Below, one piece after another: positions 13,522 to 26,572 of a stretch of 64,000 nt of DNA (the first letter of the stretch is position 1; the number at the start of each line of letters is the position of its first letter). The notes beneath the pieces were generated by a model that was not told the origin of the DNA, made no database searches, and saw nothing but the letters and a program-made list of their open reading frames with translations. The DNA comes from Amphiscolops sp. MND2022. Lineage: Eukaryota. Both the position numbers and the translations under genes were made by a program. The stretch is from the NCBI GenBank assembly GCA_964187785.1, contig OZ076412.1:31372001-31436000 (forward strand), written 5' to 3'.

Positions 13522-14817
13522 AAGATGCGAACTTGCCCCTCGTCAACATCGTTCCTCAGGGTGATTTTTCTTGCCACAAGTTCCACACTCAGGGTAAACT
13601 TTCTCTGAGTCGGTTTGCCTTTTTGGGCATCCTTCTCTTTCTTCTTTTTAGGTTTCTCACAGTCTTTGACCATGTGGCCCTTTTCTTTGCAGTAATTGCA
13701 GGCGATGTCAGATGATAGTCCATTGGGGAGAAGGCATTTGGCCTTAGATGTCAAGGAAGTCATCGTTGCCATAGGTAGGCCGTCTGACTCTTCAAGATGG
13801 GCCACACATTCGTCGTAAGAGCCGTTTTCAAGTCTGGCCATGTTGACTGATCTTTTTAGTTTCGGTGGCAGTTTTTGCGGCGGAGACTGTCAATCATTTT
13901 CTGAGCATTGTCGCCAGTTGCTTTTTCTGCCCCTTGATTCCGTTCTTCGAGGAAGTTTGGTAGCTTCATCGTGTTAGGATCGAATACCAAACGGTGCCAT
14001 TTATGACTTGAGACTCTGGTTTGACGTATGTACGCCTGAAAATGACTTTGTCTGTTTGCCGTGCTGATGTTTCTGAACGTTTGTATCGCTACTTTCCTAA
14101 GAAGTGAGTGGAAGTGATTGATTTTCATCTGTTCAGACGTTTCTGACTGCATCTTGATCATCGTATGAAATAAATCCTCAAACAGCTCAAATTTCTCACT
14201 TTTGCCATCGAAAGTCATCGTGTTAGAGTTGACTGGGCGGATAGTGAGCTGTTGGACGATTCTGGAGATTTGTCAACACGTCTGCAACTCTGTTATTTGG
14301 GTCTTGTACGGCCACTGGGGGAGTTTGTTCTGTTGCAGGCAGGGTGGCGCGAGGTGATCATTGTGGTCACGAGGAGGTTGATTGAGTGCAAATCGCGAAG
14401 GGGTTCGTCTGGTATGACAATCGAAAATCTTATTTAGAGATTCGCTGTCTCCTGTCACCATGTCATGAGTACTGTCTAGGTCTTCATTTCTGTTTGGAAT
14501 CCTATGACACTCTTCTCTAGAGTCGCTTCTAAACCTGTGATCCAAGGCTTCTTCAGATGTACATTCCAGTTTTCTAGCCGTGCCTTCCCATCTTCTTTCA
14601 GGCATATGTCCTTGCTCGGATTTCAGAGTAGCTTGTATCTGAGGCAATGTTTGATCAACAATTGCCTCGTTTATGACTCTCTGAATCTGGGAACTCAATT
14701 TGCTCATGAAATCACTCAATTCGAATAAAGGACTGTCTAACATTATGTCTAGGTTTTCAATATCTGAAAGCATGTCAGCCTCTCTTGATTTTTTATTGTT
14801 ACTTTTATGGTTGGCAT
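13522..14817 (-). pseudogene. Ty3/Gypsy-type gag remnant (paralogous family, MLSDIENLDIML N-terminus)
   Basis: MLSDIENLDIML, FDGKSEKFELFEDLFHTMIKMQ, HKWHRLVFDP, MARLENGSYDE.VAHLE, CNYCKEKGHMVKDC and CGTCGKKNHPEERC on the minus strand; truncated after the second knuckle. Confidence 0.8.
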
Positions 14818-14866
14818 GAAGAATTTCCCATTTTAATATTTGAATTATATCGGAAAACCAATATTT

Positions 14867-14958
14867 TGAAAGTGTGTGAATGTCAGTAAGGTATATCAAA
14901 TTATGTCCCTCTCAGGAAAGGTGCAGGTTTATATAGTCCTGAGAGCGTGACATTCACA
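14867..14958 (-). mobile_element. Very short LTR-like segment (~92 bp) between an A9 polypurine tract and a PBS-like TGG
   Basis: Minus strand reads A9 (14967-14959), TGTGAATGTCAC, CTATATAAA, CA (14867), AAATAT, TGGTTTTCCG (14860), then gag ATG at 14817. Nearly the same start (A-run, TGTGACTGTCAC) is seen at 30324-30306. Confidence 0.5.
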
Positions 14959-15686
14959 TTTTTTTTTACAAATTTAATTCAGTAATAATACCTATTGGTG
15001 ACACGTGATTATCATTTTCAGTAGCACCTTTGTATTGCACTCGAGTATCTACATCAAAGCTTTCAAGGAATTTAACTCAAAGTGGTTCAAACATATTTGA
15101 AGAAACTGCTCCTAAACAGTAAACAATTACAATCAACAAAGCAGCAACTGTAATTGGGATATTTGACATATGCGTCAACATTCTTAACCACGTGCCGGCA
15201 CACGTGGCCAGGTGAACATGCAATTAAACACATCATCGATTTTCATATTTTTAAAATTCGAACTAGAACGGCCTGAGTTGGCCATTGTACTCAAGTTGGC
15301 CATGAAGTCTTTGCCAGAATTGTCTCAAAGACAGTATATTACAAAAAGCATCAACAAGCAACAAACTTATACATTACGTCCTTTAATCATAATAGCACAC
15401 GAAAGCGGGCAATTTACACACTCTGTGGCCAAAGGCGTACTAATACTTACGCGTAACAGAACATCATGTCTAATGAAAGGGTGAATTGGCCGTTTGACTA
15501 GCTTCATTTAAATGGCAGCTTTTGTTGAGCCAATTAGCCGTAATCGGCATATTGGAGTAATACTTTAAACTAATACCACAAATACTGCGCTCGGATTGGT
15601 TGTTTATCGAATGGAAAACAACGACTCCGTAAAAGGACGTTTCCCCATTTGAACACTTTTCCTTTATACTGCATAATATTCTGCTT

Positions 15687-15932
15687 TCAACTTACAATCA
15701 TCAATCTTTGCATTACATTTACAGTAATATTGATCATCCAGCAAAAGTAAACAGACGAACAGTACAAAAAATCAAATAATATTTTAAAGACTGGTGAATG
15801 ATAGATTAGGTTCCAATCTAATTTTTGTAAAGTTTCAGTATATTGAAAATATGTTGCAGCTTCTTGTCCGACCGTTGACAATGTTATACTTGTTCCGTCA
15901 CAGGCGGTAGCCTGCCACAGATACAAAAACAC
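15687..15932 (-). pseudogene. C-terminal remnant of accessory ORF Z homologue
   Basis: WQATACDGTSITLSTVGQE aligns with SQAAACDGSLITTTADGQE of ORF Z at 31320-31420; both lie ~1 kb upstream of the same PPT/LTR start. Confidence 0.55.
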
Positions 15933-16229
15933 CGTTTAAATGTCTCAAACAACTAAAAAAGTATCCCAATAAAGGTGGTGAAATTGGCCACAGAATGAAT
16001 AGTGTGCTCAAAAGATTTTCATATATTAAATACAAAAACAGAAGGAAAACTGTCTCATATAGAAATCACTGTTCAAACAACATTTTCAACTGATGCTTAG
16101 GAATTTAATTTTTTCTCTCCACATATCATATGGAAAAGAAAAATGATTGAAACAGTCGCGCCTTTTTCCCTAAACCTTGCCATGTTCTATTTTTATACCC
16201 AATTTGAAGTGTTTCACCAATTGAAATCA

Positions 16230-19200
16230 ACCGACGTAAACTTAGTTTCACGCGATGAGTAGTTGAAGAGATTTTTGGAGACTTTTGGATGACCCTAAGC
16301 ACCCCAGAGTAACCAAACAGTGACCCCAAAAGTGACAAAACAGTGACAAAAATATCGAAAACTCCGTTTTTAAGAATTTTTCGTCAAACTTTCTATAAAT
16401 TTTGTGTATTAGAACGTTAAAAACGTTCAACAACGAATGAAGTCTACGTCCTCAAGAATTTTGGGAGAAAAATGCAGTTTTGTAATGAAAAATTCCGACA
16501 AAATGGCCCCAAAAGAGCCAAAGAATACAACGTTTCTACTGCTTTTGACTTTTTAACGCAATTTTTGTGAAATAATCCAAACGTTCGTGAATCGAAATAT
16601 TGGAATCGTTCAAAATTAATTGAATCTGTTGTCCAGGAGGCTTTTGAAGAGGCGTTTCAATGTTATGTAGAAATATGACTTACTTCCACACTGAAAATTT
16701 AAAAAAAATCTTTCCCGGTTAATGTCCCTTCTCATACAATTTGTATCCAAATTTGAAGCTTAATATTGGTTATAATGTTCAAAACATCCAAGAACGAACT
16801 ACCTAGCTACGCGTATGCTTTTTGTTGGCAAAGCGTCAGTGTTTTGCATCAACTGTTCTTTAGAATGACCCCAGAGAAAGATTTTGTAGAATAGAACTTT
16901 GATATCGTTTAACAACAATTGAAATCGTTGTCCAGTTGTCTTTTTGAAAAGAAAAAACAAGGCTTTAAAAGGAATGTGCATCTATTTGACCCCAAGAACG
17001 TCGTACAAGCCTCGAACGGCTCAAGACGGCGCCCAGCAGAAGGTTCAAAAGAGGAAACATTTTTAACATGCAAAAAGACACCATTGTTGGAATTTCATCG
17101 ATTTTTCAGTGCTAATAAAACCGAAGGGATATGCAAAAGTCTCAAAAATTCATTTTTTCCCAACCGGAGGCAGCAAAAAAAACTATCTCGTGAAGGAAAA
17201 AAAAACAAGAAACGAAAAATTCAGGAACAAAATTCGATATTTTTCTGAAAGGAGTCCTTTAACTATTGCTCGCAAAATTTTGGTTTCTTATAAAAATTGA
17301 AGGTTTCAGAAAAAGTCGTTTAGTTTCGAAAAAACGCCGTCTTCAAAAACAAGACGCATTTAATCCATTGTTTGAAATACCCGCAATTCGTTATATCCGG
17401 TTTGCGCTAATTCAGTTTTGTTCCAAAAGAAACTAAAGGGTTGATCCTTGTGTGACATTGAAAAATTCACGAAAAAACGTAATATCTGGTAAACCTTATA
17501 TCCGGAATTCGTTATATCCGGTTTGAGTTATATACGATATGGGTTGCGTTATTGTCGAAGGAGGAGACTCCTTAGCACTTTTTTCAGTTTTGAAAAAGTC
17601 TTCAAAGTATGTTTTATCCGGTATACGTTACAGCCTGTCAAGCTGATACAATGTGTCACTTCGTCCTTGAAAAAGTTTTGGAAAAAGTCAGTGCTACAGT
17701 CGTCTGTTTCAACGAACGCGCCGACTAAAAAATTCAACGAACGCGCCGAGAGTTTCCCTTTCATGTCGCTTTTCAAACAACTGTTTTCTGAAGAAGATTG
17801 TTCGTTAGACGATTCAAAACAATCAATGACGAATAACCTAGTTATGTAAATAGAAATTGGAAGGGAAAGATGCCGTTGTTGCATTAGAAGCTCTTCAGAA
17901 TGACACCCAATGAGTCTGGAATCAAAACAGGTTCTACTTTTTAACTGTTCTTTATGGAAATGTTTTGGAGTCGCTGGAATGTTTCGAGAGTTACAATGTA
18001 AAACATGTTCGACAACGAGAGCAGCTGAAATCCAGTTGTTTTTTTTGCAGAGATACTTGCAGATTTGTTCTTGGAAATTTCCTCCGAGTGACCCAAAATA
18101 TTAAAAAATTTCGAACATTTTTCTTCAAAATGTATTGCTTGTTTGTGACAATGCAAAGCAATGCAGTACGCCCTTTTGCTGAAGTTTTTGTTGTTTTACA
18201 GGTTGAGCAATATCTCAAAATGACCAGAAGAAGTCGAAAACACAAACATTCTCGAACGAAAATTGAGTTGTTCTTTGAACATTTTATCTTCCCGTATTAT
18301 TTTTATTATTTTTATTGTTTCAAGAAAAAAAAACATTCAAAAGCAAGTAAATGCGATGTTTTGGAGGCTCTTTCCTTGTCAATTGCAGTTTCTTGATAGA
18401 AAAAACCCGCGAAGTGACCCTAAAATACTCAAAGAGCTTGTATACACTTTTGGACAATTAAGGCAATTTTTTGTGAAACGTTGACACGTTTCGTGGCTTA
18501 GAACTTTGAAACCGTTCGACAACAATTGTAATAAGCGTCCCGTGAAATTTTGGAAAGATATTTCACGTTTTCAATGAAAACATGCTGCAAGTTGACCACA
18601 AAAAAGACGAAGAACTAACGTTCTTCCAGTTTTTCGTTTTTCTTGAATGAGCTAGCTATGAAGTATGACTGTTTCGGGAAAAAATCGCAGTATTTCGCCT
18701 CGGAAACATTTCGAGAAGACCACGATGATTGAATTATTGAAAAACAAATTCGTTCTTTTAGCGTTTGTTCGAAAACTTTTAAGTTTCGTATGTTAGCAGC
18801 GAAAACCTTCGACAGCCAACCAATTGGTTATCCAGTAGGTTTTTTGGAAGTCAATTGCAGTTTAGTGTTAGAAAAGACTCTCAAATGGAATCCTGTTTCG
18901 GTGGAAACATTCAATGCTTTTCCGCATTTTTGGCAAACTTTACGACATAGTTGATACATTTCGTGAGCAAAATTGTTGGAAAACTTGAGAATACAAACTA
19001 GCTATGCGGTTTGTTTTTTTGATGCGAAGTTTGCCACTCTGATCTAAAAAAATCCAAGTTCAAACTTTCGATCTTTTTCTATTAAGTTTCTGGAAAACTT
19101 CAGAGAGATTCGGCGGATTAGGTTCTCTAAAAAATCAACAAAGAATTGAGTTTTCCTTCAGTAGTTTTTTGTAGGAATAACAGTAGTTTGTGTTAAAATA

Positions 19201-19600
19201 TTGCCCCAAAAGATCAAAAAGTTGTCAAAATATTATCTGGACGGAATAATCAGCTATGCAGTACGCTTTTCTAAGGAGAAATTTGCAGTTTTCTAGGTAG
19301 AAAAGTAACCACATAATGACCCGAAATCCAAACGGTACAGACGTTTTATGCAATTGGGACGTTTAACATGTTGTAAACTTTCAACAGCGGGGATCTCAGT
19401 ATGCAGTAGGAATTTGGAACAAAAAGGTTTACAGTTTCTGTTCTATAGGTTTCTCATAATGACACCAAAGTTGTTGAAAATATCGAAACTTTCCTCATAT
19501 CGAGGTTTTAGTGACGTTTTCTGTAAAAATGAAAACAATTTGCTAGGTAAGGTGCTTGTATCCACATCGTTCGACAACAATTAGGTATTTAGTGTGCTCT
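16230..19600. repeat. AT-rich complex interspersed repeat with ancient internal repetition
   Basis: Recurring motifs TTCGACAACAATT, GCTATG(C/A)A, AATTGCAGTTT, TGACCC(A/T/G)AAAT at irregular spacing; 16270-16330 resembles the reverse complement of 60645-60692. Confidence 0.35.
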
Positions 19601-20229
19601 TGATTTGAGTGCTTCCTTTTTTTCGAACTTCTATGCATTTTGATAGTGCATTGGCTATCAACAATGAATACACAAAAGCCGACAAAATAGGTGTTTGGTG
19701 TGTTCTTGAAGTGCTTCCTTGTGAAATGGAACGACATTATTCAAAAAGTGTCAAAACTTTCTCCGTCAAACTTCTATGCGTTTTCATAATACAATGACTA
19801 CTCTTGAGTCTCAAAAATATATCATTGCTAGAACAGTGCGGACGGAAAATATCTCGGTGGTCGGCGGGCGTCTTGTTATACGCCAAATGGTCCCGGAGAA
19901 TTATCAAAACTTTCGATGAGCCTTAAGCGGGCGCGACTTTGTACGTCTGAAGGAATCAAAAAATCACTGCACATCTCTTGGAGATGAAAACATCCAGGAA
20001 AGTCGTCGCTTTTCAACCTCGCTGTTGAAATTTTCAATATATAAACATTGTCACAGTTTTGAAGTTAGTCGTAGAAAAAGATACAATACTTTCAAATGTT
20101 CAAAAACACGAGAAATGTACAAAAATTGACAGTGCCCTAGTCGATATTGCTTTAGGTTTTTACATGGTGCATGGAAACATGCAGTCTAATTTTTTACAAA
20201 CCATGGAAAAATCATGGAGCCTGCATGGA

Positions 20230-20592
20230 AAAATTCTGTAGGATTACATTGCAGCTTCCACTATTTCAATTAAAACTGAAAACATTTTCACTTCACCACC
20301 GCGATCAGTTTGTTTTCACGCGTAAGTTTCTCAAGTAAGCACATTATGTAATCACCGTTAGTCAAATAGCACGCTGAATATATATGACACTTCTTTGAAA
20401 CTTATGTGACTGAAGTTCATTTACCTTAAATTTGCGGTAAAAATGATAGGGTCTCAGCTGCTTTCAAAATCAAAACGGCGTCTTAATGAAAGCTGAAAAA
20501 CTTTGCGGCGCAGAAATGCCGCCAAACTTACGATGCATCTTTTAGGCAGCTTGATAAAGTTAAAATCGTTTTAATGCATGGACGTTTGAAAA
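20230..20592 (+). mobile_element. Diverged partial copy of MITE family A
   Basis: Colinear similarity to 6490-6835 (ATCACCG..TCAAATAGCACGCT, GACTGAAGTT, GCCGCCAAA, GCAGCTTGATAAA); termini not recognisable. Confidence 0.6.
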
Positions 20593-20635
20593 TTTTATAG
20601 AATCTTGGAAAATTAGCTTGGTAACCTACAAGCCG

Positions 20636-21140
20636 TGAACGGCCAAAGTCGGTGCCATATCTAAGGCTCAAAATTGAAAAGGGGGGACCCTTCGGGCTTT
20701 GTGAAACTCAGCTGCTTGCAAAAAATGAAAAAAATTGAAGGGGAGCCTTTGGGGACATGAAAAATTCCCAAAATATTTTTTAATGAGATTATTCAACAGT
20801 ATAACAGTGCCGAAAAATGTAAAAGGGGGACCCTTTGCGATTTTTTTGACATCCATTGTGTTGCAAAATATCGAAACAAATCAAGGGGGGACCCTTCGGT
20901 GCAATCCAAAAAGTTTAAAAAAATCTCATAGTGCCGAAAAAAGTGGGGCCATGTGGGGATTCTTAGTTTGAGGTTCTGGACGTCTGTTTTGATTTTTTTC
21001 GTTTTGGACGCGCTTCTGAGGTTGGAGTTGTTGAGGTTTGAAATTGTTGAGGTTTGAAATTGTTGAGGTTTGACGTTGTTGAACAAATGAACAAAAAAGT
21101 GGACCCACTGTAAGTGTCGGGCACATTTTCTACTAAAATG
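20636..21140. repeat. Interspersed repeat built of AAGGGGGACCCTT-containing units
   Basis: Motif recurs at ~20680, 20741, 20822, 20883; reverse-complement motif GGGTCCCCCTT near 51070 suggests a second family member. Confidence 0.55.
21030..21082. repeat. 16-bp tandem repeat GTTGAGGTTTGAAATT (~3.3 copies)
   Basis: Unit starts at 21030, 21046, 21062. Confidence 0.85.
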
Positions 21141-21420
21141 CGCCGACTAAAACATGTAAAACGTTAAAGCAGTTTCAACCAAGTTGTGAACATTTCATGC
21201 GGAATGTTTTGTGTTTCTCAACGACTTTGAGTGTTTACAGAACTAGACTCGCTTCAGCTCACACACCTTAGACAAAACAGATTGCTGCGGATTTAGTTTC
21301 AATTCAATAAATCAAGTTGGCAAGAAAATTGAACCAATTAGGATGCTTAGTTACAGTTCAAAGTGTCTCAAGAGTGCTGAGAAAAGGGCCCAAGGCGACT
21401 TCACACTCACAAGGGTGAGT

Positions 21421-22701
<1,281 letters not shown>

Positions 22702-22880
22702 CTAAAATATAAAAAATCTTTCAGCCTTTGAAAAGTCAAGCGCAACATTTTGAAAATGTTCAAAGTTCAAAAAATTGAAAACTCGTGCTATTATGAAAAG
22801 CGAATCTCCAAAAATCCTCTTGGAAATGGAAAAAATTTCAGAACGTGGAAAGGGATTTGAAGAAACTACGAAAAACTTAC
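22702..22880 (-). other. TUBB: Beta-tubulin intron (179 nt, phase 0, after codon 19)
   Basis: GTAAGT donor at 22880 and ...ATTTTAG acceptor at 22702; splicing restores MREI...GAK|FWE. Confidence 0.95.
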
Positions 22881-22937
22881 TTTGGCTCCGATTTGGTTAC
22901 CGCACTGACCGGCTTGCAAGTGGACGATTTCTCTCAT
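22881..22937 (-). CDS. TUBB: Beta-tubulin, exon 1 (MREIVHLQAGQCGNQIGAK)
   Basis: Exact 57-nt canonical beta-tubulin N-terminus with MREI autoregulation motif; ATG in CCAAAATG context; not in the ORF track. Confidence 0.97.
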
Positions 22938-25445
22938 TTTGGCTGGCTAAGAGCTACGGATTTTAGATATCTAATTTGAACTAAGATTCTGCACTAAATG
23001 ATCGAATGATTAAATTGGCCGCAAGCTCCAATTACGTTCAGAGCCTCGTGAAAAAATATTGTGTCCAGGCGATGTTGCTAGTCAACAATGACAGGTTGCC
23101 AACCAACCAAATCATTCTGTGTGCAGTAAACCATAAGCTCAGCAGCACATAAAACATGTGAAGATAGCGAATGAAACTCAACATCTTAACCACATCTATA
23201 CAATATAAGGGTTTAACAATTTGTGCTCAATTAAGTTCGGTAAAAAGTTACTGATTGAAGTGTTCAGTATGAAGTTTTGTGCGTGCAGCTTTCATTTTTC
23301 GTTGCATATTCAATGGCAAGTTTCAACTTGTTTCTGATTCTGACTTCAGCATTGCAAACGTATACATTTAAACCAGAAATGTACTTAAAAACGCCACATA
23401 ATTTTGATCACGCCACATTACGAAAGAGGCGAACCAAGCTTTGGATCTCGAGCTGAAACCAAAACATACTTTAGCTAATTATTGATAATGATTCAACGAG
23501 TCAAAAACTGACCATATTTGGGGACCATCATCAAGTTCCACAGGTCGATGATTCTTGAAAAAAAAACATGACAAGCATGAAACCATCAAAAAAGCCAAAA
23601 AACAGTGCCAAATGACATCTTACGGACGTTTAAGATGTTTAGGTGAATGGAGATAATCAACCTAATCCTTTTTAAATTTCTACGCAATAAGTAGTTTCAG
23701 ACCTTTTTTCTGTGAATTCAGAGCGAAAGGTGTCATTTATTCCGGGTCGTTTGTTTGATGCGAGTCCAAGTGTTGGAACGAAGTTTGAATATGAACGTTC
23801 CTGGTCTTCGGAAATATTAGTTCCTCTAGTTCCATGCTATATCCATGTTTTTTTCATAGGGTGAAAAGAATTATTGTAAGCAGTTAAATTTCAAAAAGTT
23901 TTACTAAAACGAAATTTATGCAGCGGAAAACAATGCATCCTAAAATTTTTTATACACAGTAAAAAATAAATGGTTTCTAGACACAAAAGTGTCAATTTCT
24001 ACGGTATTGCTCAACGTTAAGCTCCAAATTTATCTATCAAGCTTTATCGAAAAAAGTTGTGTGATGATGTGAGAAATAGTAGAGCGGCTGTAAGTGAAAC
24101 TAGCAAAAAAATGGACGGAATATAAGTAAAAAATAGCGATAAGAGTAAAAGGGGATAATCAAGTGCCTTGATTAAATTATCTTTTTTCAACATTTTGGCA
24201 CAACCCATAACTCTGTAAATCGGGTTATCGGCATTGTAGCACGAAGTGATATGTAAATTACTTGAGAAAAACTAGTTCAATTCATTATTTGATAACTAAA
24301 TTTGCCGATACGAAATTGTAGTTTTATTCTTCAACAAAAATGTTTGTTTCAAGAATAATAATTTGTCCCTTTTTTGATCGTTTGAGCCAGAATTCTCAGC
24401 GCAAAATTGAATTTCTAGATTGAAAGCGACTCGAACAAAATACATTTACCGTTTACCTACGCAAACTTGAGTTTCCTATTTATTATAGAAAATGATCAGA
24501 ACTAATCTCTGTTGTGCTCTTTTTCTAAGTAAAGGTTTTTTCACATATACTTATCATCCTCTTTAAAATAGAATTTTGGAGTTCTTCCGAAGGAAAGTGG
24601 TTAAAATGACCCAAACATCGAATTCATCCAAAACTGCAATGAATCAAATTTATCTGCACCGAAGAATATCATCAACGATTGAATCTTCGTCGCTTATTGA
24701 TTTCAGAGCGGGAAACATCGAGGCGGTCAGCTGGGTTCTGGTTGTAAAATTAGAACGTTCAAAGTTTTTAGTCGGCATTGTTCGGCTGAGTCCATAAAAA
24801 GTTCGGGACACTTGTTCGGAAACAAGTTTTTGGACGTATCACTGAAGGTGCATTTGTACGGACTCATGTTTGTACAGCGCTTTCAAAACAAAACTATCCA
24901 CGCGTTGAATGGACGTCTGTAATGTAAGAAGATGTGACTGAAGTGGCTATTAAGTTCACAGTACCTGCCTCCAAAAAGACACATATGCCATAAGAACACT
25001 TAGTGCTAGTGCTACTTACGGTACAGTGACAATTTTAGTTTGTGTTTACGCTAAACTCGATACTTAATTTGGATTAGCGATTCCAGTTTTAATTCAACTT
25101 TATTACCCTTTTGGTCAGTTAATTACATTTAATAAATATATTTTAGTCTCCAAATAATTAAATGATTTGGATCAGTTTAACTTTTTTTCTACTAAACAAA
25201 GTGAACAAAACATCTCGCGAAATACTTATAAGAAATTTAAACGGTTTTTGGAAGAAATTTTTTCAAGATCGCAATCACTTATCAGCAGTGTTCCGGATAT
25301 GATGGAACGCTTGCCAAGATCCATTGCTGATCACTTACCGAGATACTTTTGCGTTTATCTTGCACTATTGGCATAGCTATCATCTTGCAAAAACTTCCCA
25401 AGAGTTTCCAAATGTACCTTTATCTCGACTAGGGTTTCATCCCTT

Positions 25446-26416
25446 CCCTAGTTGAGGGTGCCGGAAATTTTACATGCTGCAGGCTTGCATGCAGGGTAAT
25501 TTTTTAAGAAACCTAGAAAATTCAGTAAGGTTTCGGTGGTAAATCTTGTAGAATTACACTGCCATTTCCACAACTGCAATTAAGTTTGAAAATATTTCCC
25601 ACTTATTTTACGGACACGATCACGATGTATTCACACATTGATTTCTCAAACACTCAACTGATTTAATCACCGCTTCTCAAATAGGACGCTGAAGATGACG
25701 CTAATTTGTTGTTTACATTGTGAATGAAGTTAAACTGCATTGAAATGGCGGCAAAATTGTTGACGTCTCAGCTGCATTTAAAAATGGAACTGATGCATAT
25801 TGAAACTTGCAGAACTTCGCGGCTTGAAATTGCCGCCCAAACTTTGATGATTTTTTAATGCAGCTTGATAAACGTTGGCGACAACAGGGAAATATTAACG
25901 CATTAAAGTTTGCGTAAGATATTTAGAACTGCTGGCAACATTAAAGTGGTGTCGGGTCACAAGTCCGAAAGAATAAAATTAAATTTTTATCGTCCAATAA
26001 GATTTCAGAAATCCAGCATAAGAAATACTTGGCACTGTATAATTCTCTGCAATCTGATTGGCTGACGCAGGCGGACCGGAACGAAGTCCGATCAAAGATT
26101 TTAAAAATGAATTTTTCAATTTCCCCTAGTCAGCTATGTTCACATAGTCCTAGTGCCCTAAATACAGGAGCGAAGCGAAGCGGAGTGACGTGCCATATGG
26201 ACATGCCTCAATGTTGCTACTTGGCGAAGGGAGCAAAGCGACCGAGCCATACAACAAATGTGAAGCATTTTTTCGGACTTGTGCAACCCAAATTCATTTT
26301 CCGACTTGTGCAACCCAAATTTATTTTCGGACTTGCGCAACCCAAATTCATTTTCGGACTTGTGAATAGCCGCCCATTAAAGTACATGCAAAAAGTTCAA
26401 GCATGTTCAACAAGGG
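25446..26416 (+). mobile_element. MITE family A copy carrying a nested insertion
   Basis: Termini CCCTAGTTGA / TTCAACAAGGG; 2-bp TSD TT (25444-45, 26417-18); colinear with 6402-6949 once 25948-26374 and one TSD copy are removed. Confidence 0.85.
25948..26374. mobile_element. Mutator-like MITE (427 bp) nested in MITE A
   Basis: 9-bp TSD CATTAAAGT (25939-47, 26375-83); imperfect TIRs starting GG with shared core TCACAAGTCCGAAA; 27-bp subterminal tandem repeats at ~26270-26364. Confidence 0.8.
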
Positions 26417-26439
26417 TTGTTCAAAATGCTTGAACATTC

Positions 26440-26572
26440 AACGTTCTACATATTTTTGAAGGTTGGCAGCACTTTTTACAATGATTTACTGCAACTCTTA
26501 CGCAAAACTTTCAAGCGTTACCTTTTCCCTAATCCATTCGACCTTTATCAAGCTGATTGAAAGATTCATCAC
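26440..26572 (-). mobile_element. Partial inverted copy of MITE family A 3' part
   Basis: Similar to 5840-5950 (GCAGCACTTTT, CTCTTACG.AAACTTT, TTTATCAAGCTG.TTGAAAGATTCATCA). Confidence 0.55.

Noticed and set aside
26029-26433. 134-aa ORF with VQPKFIFGL-type repeats
   Set aside because: Translation of the 27-bp subterminal repeats of the nested MITE; it runs across the TSD.
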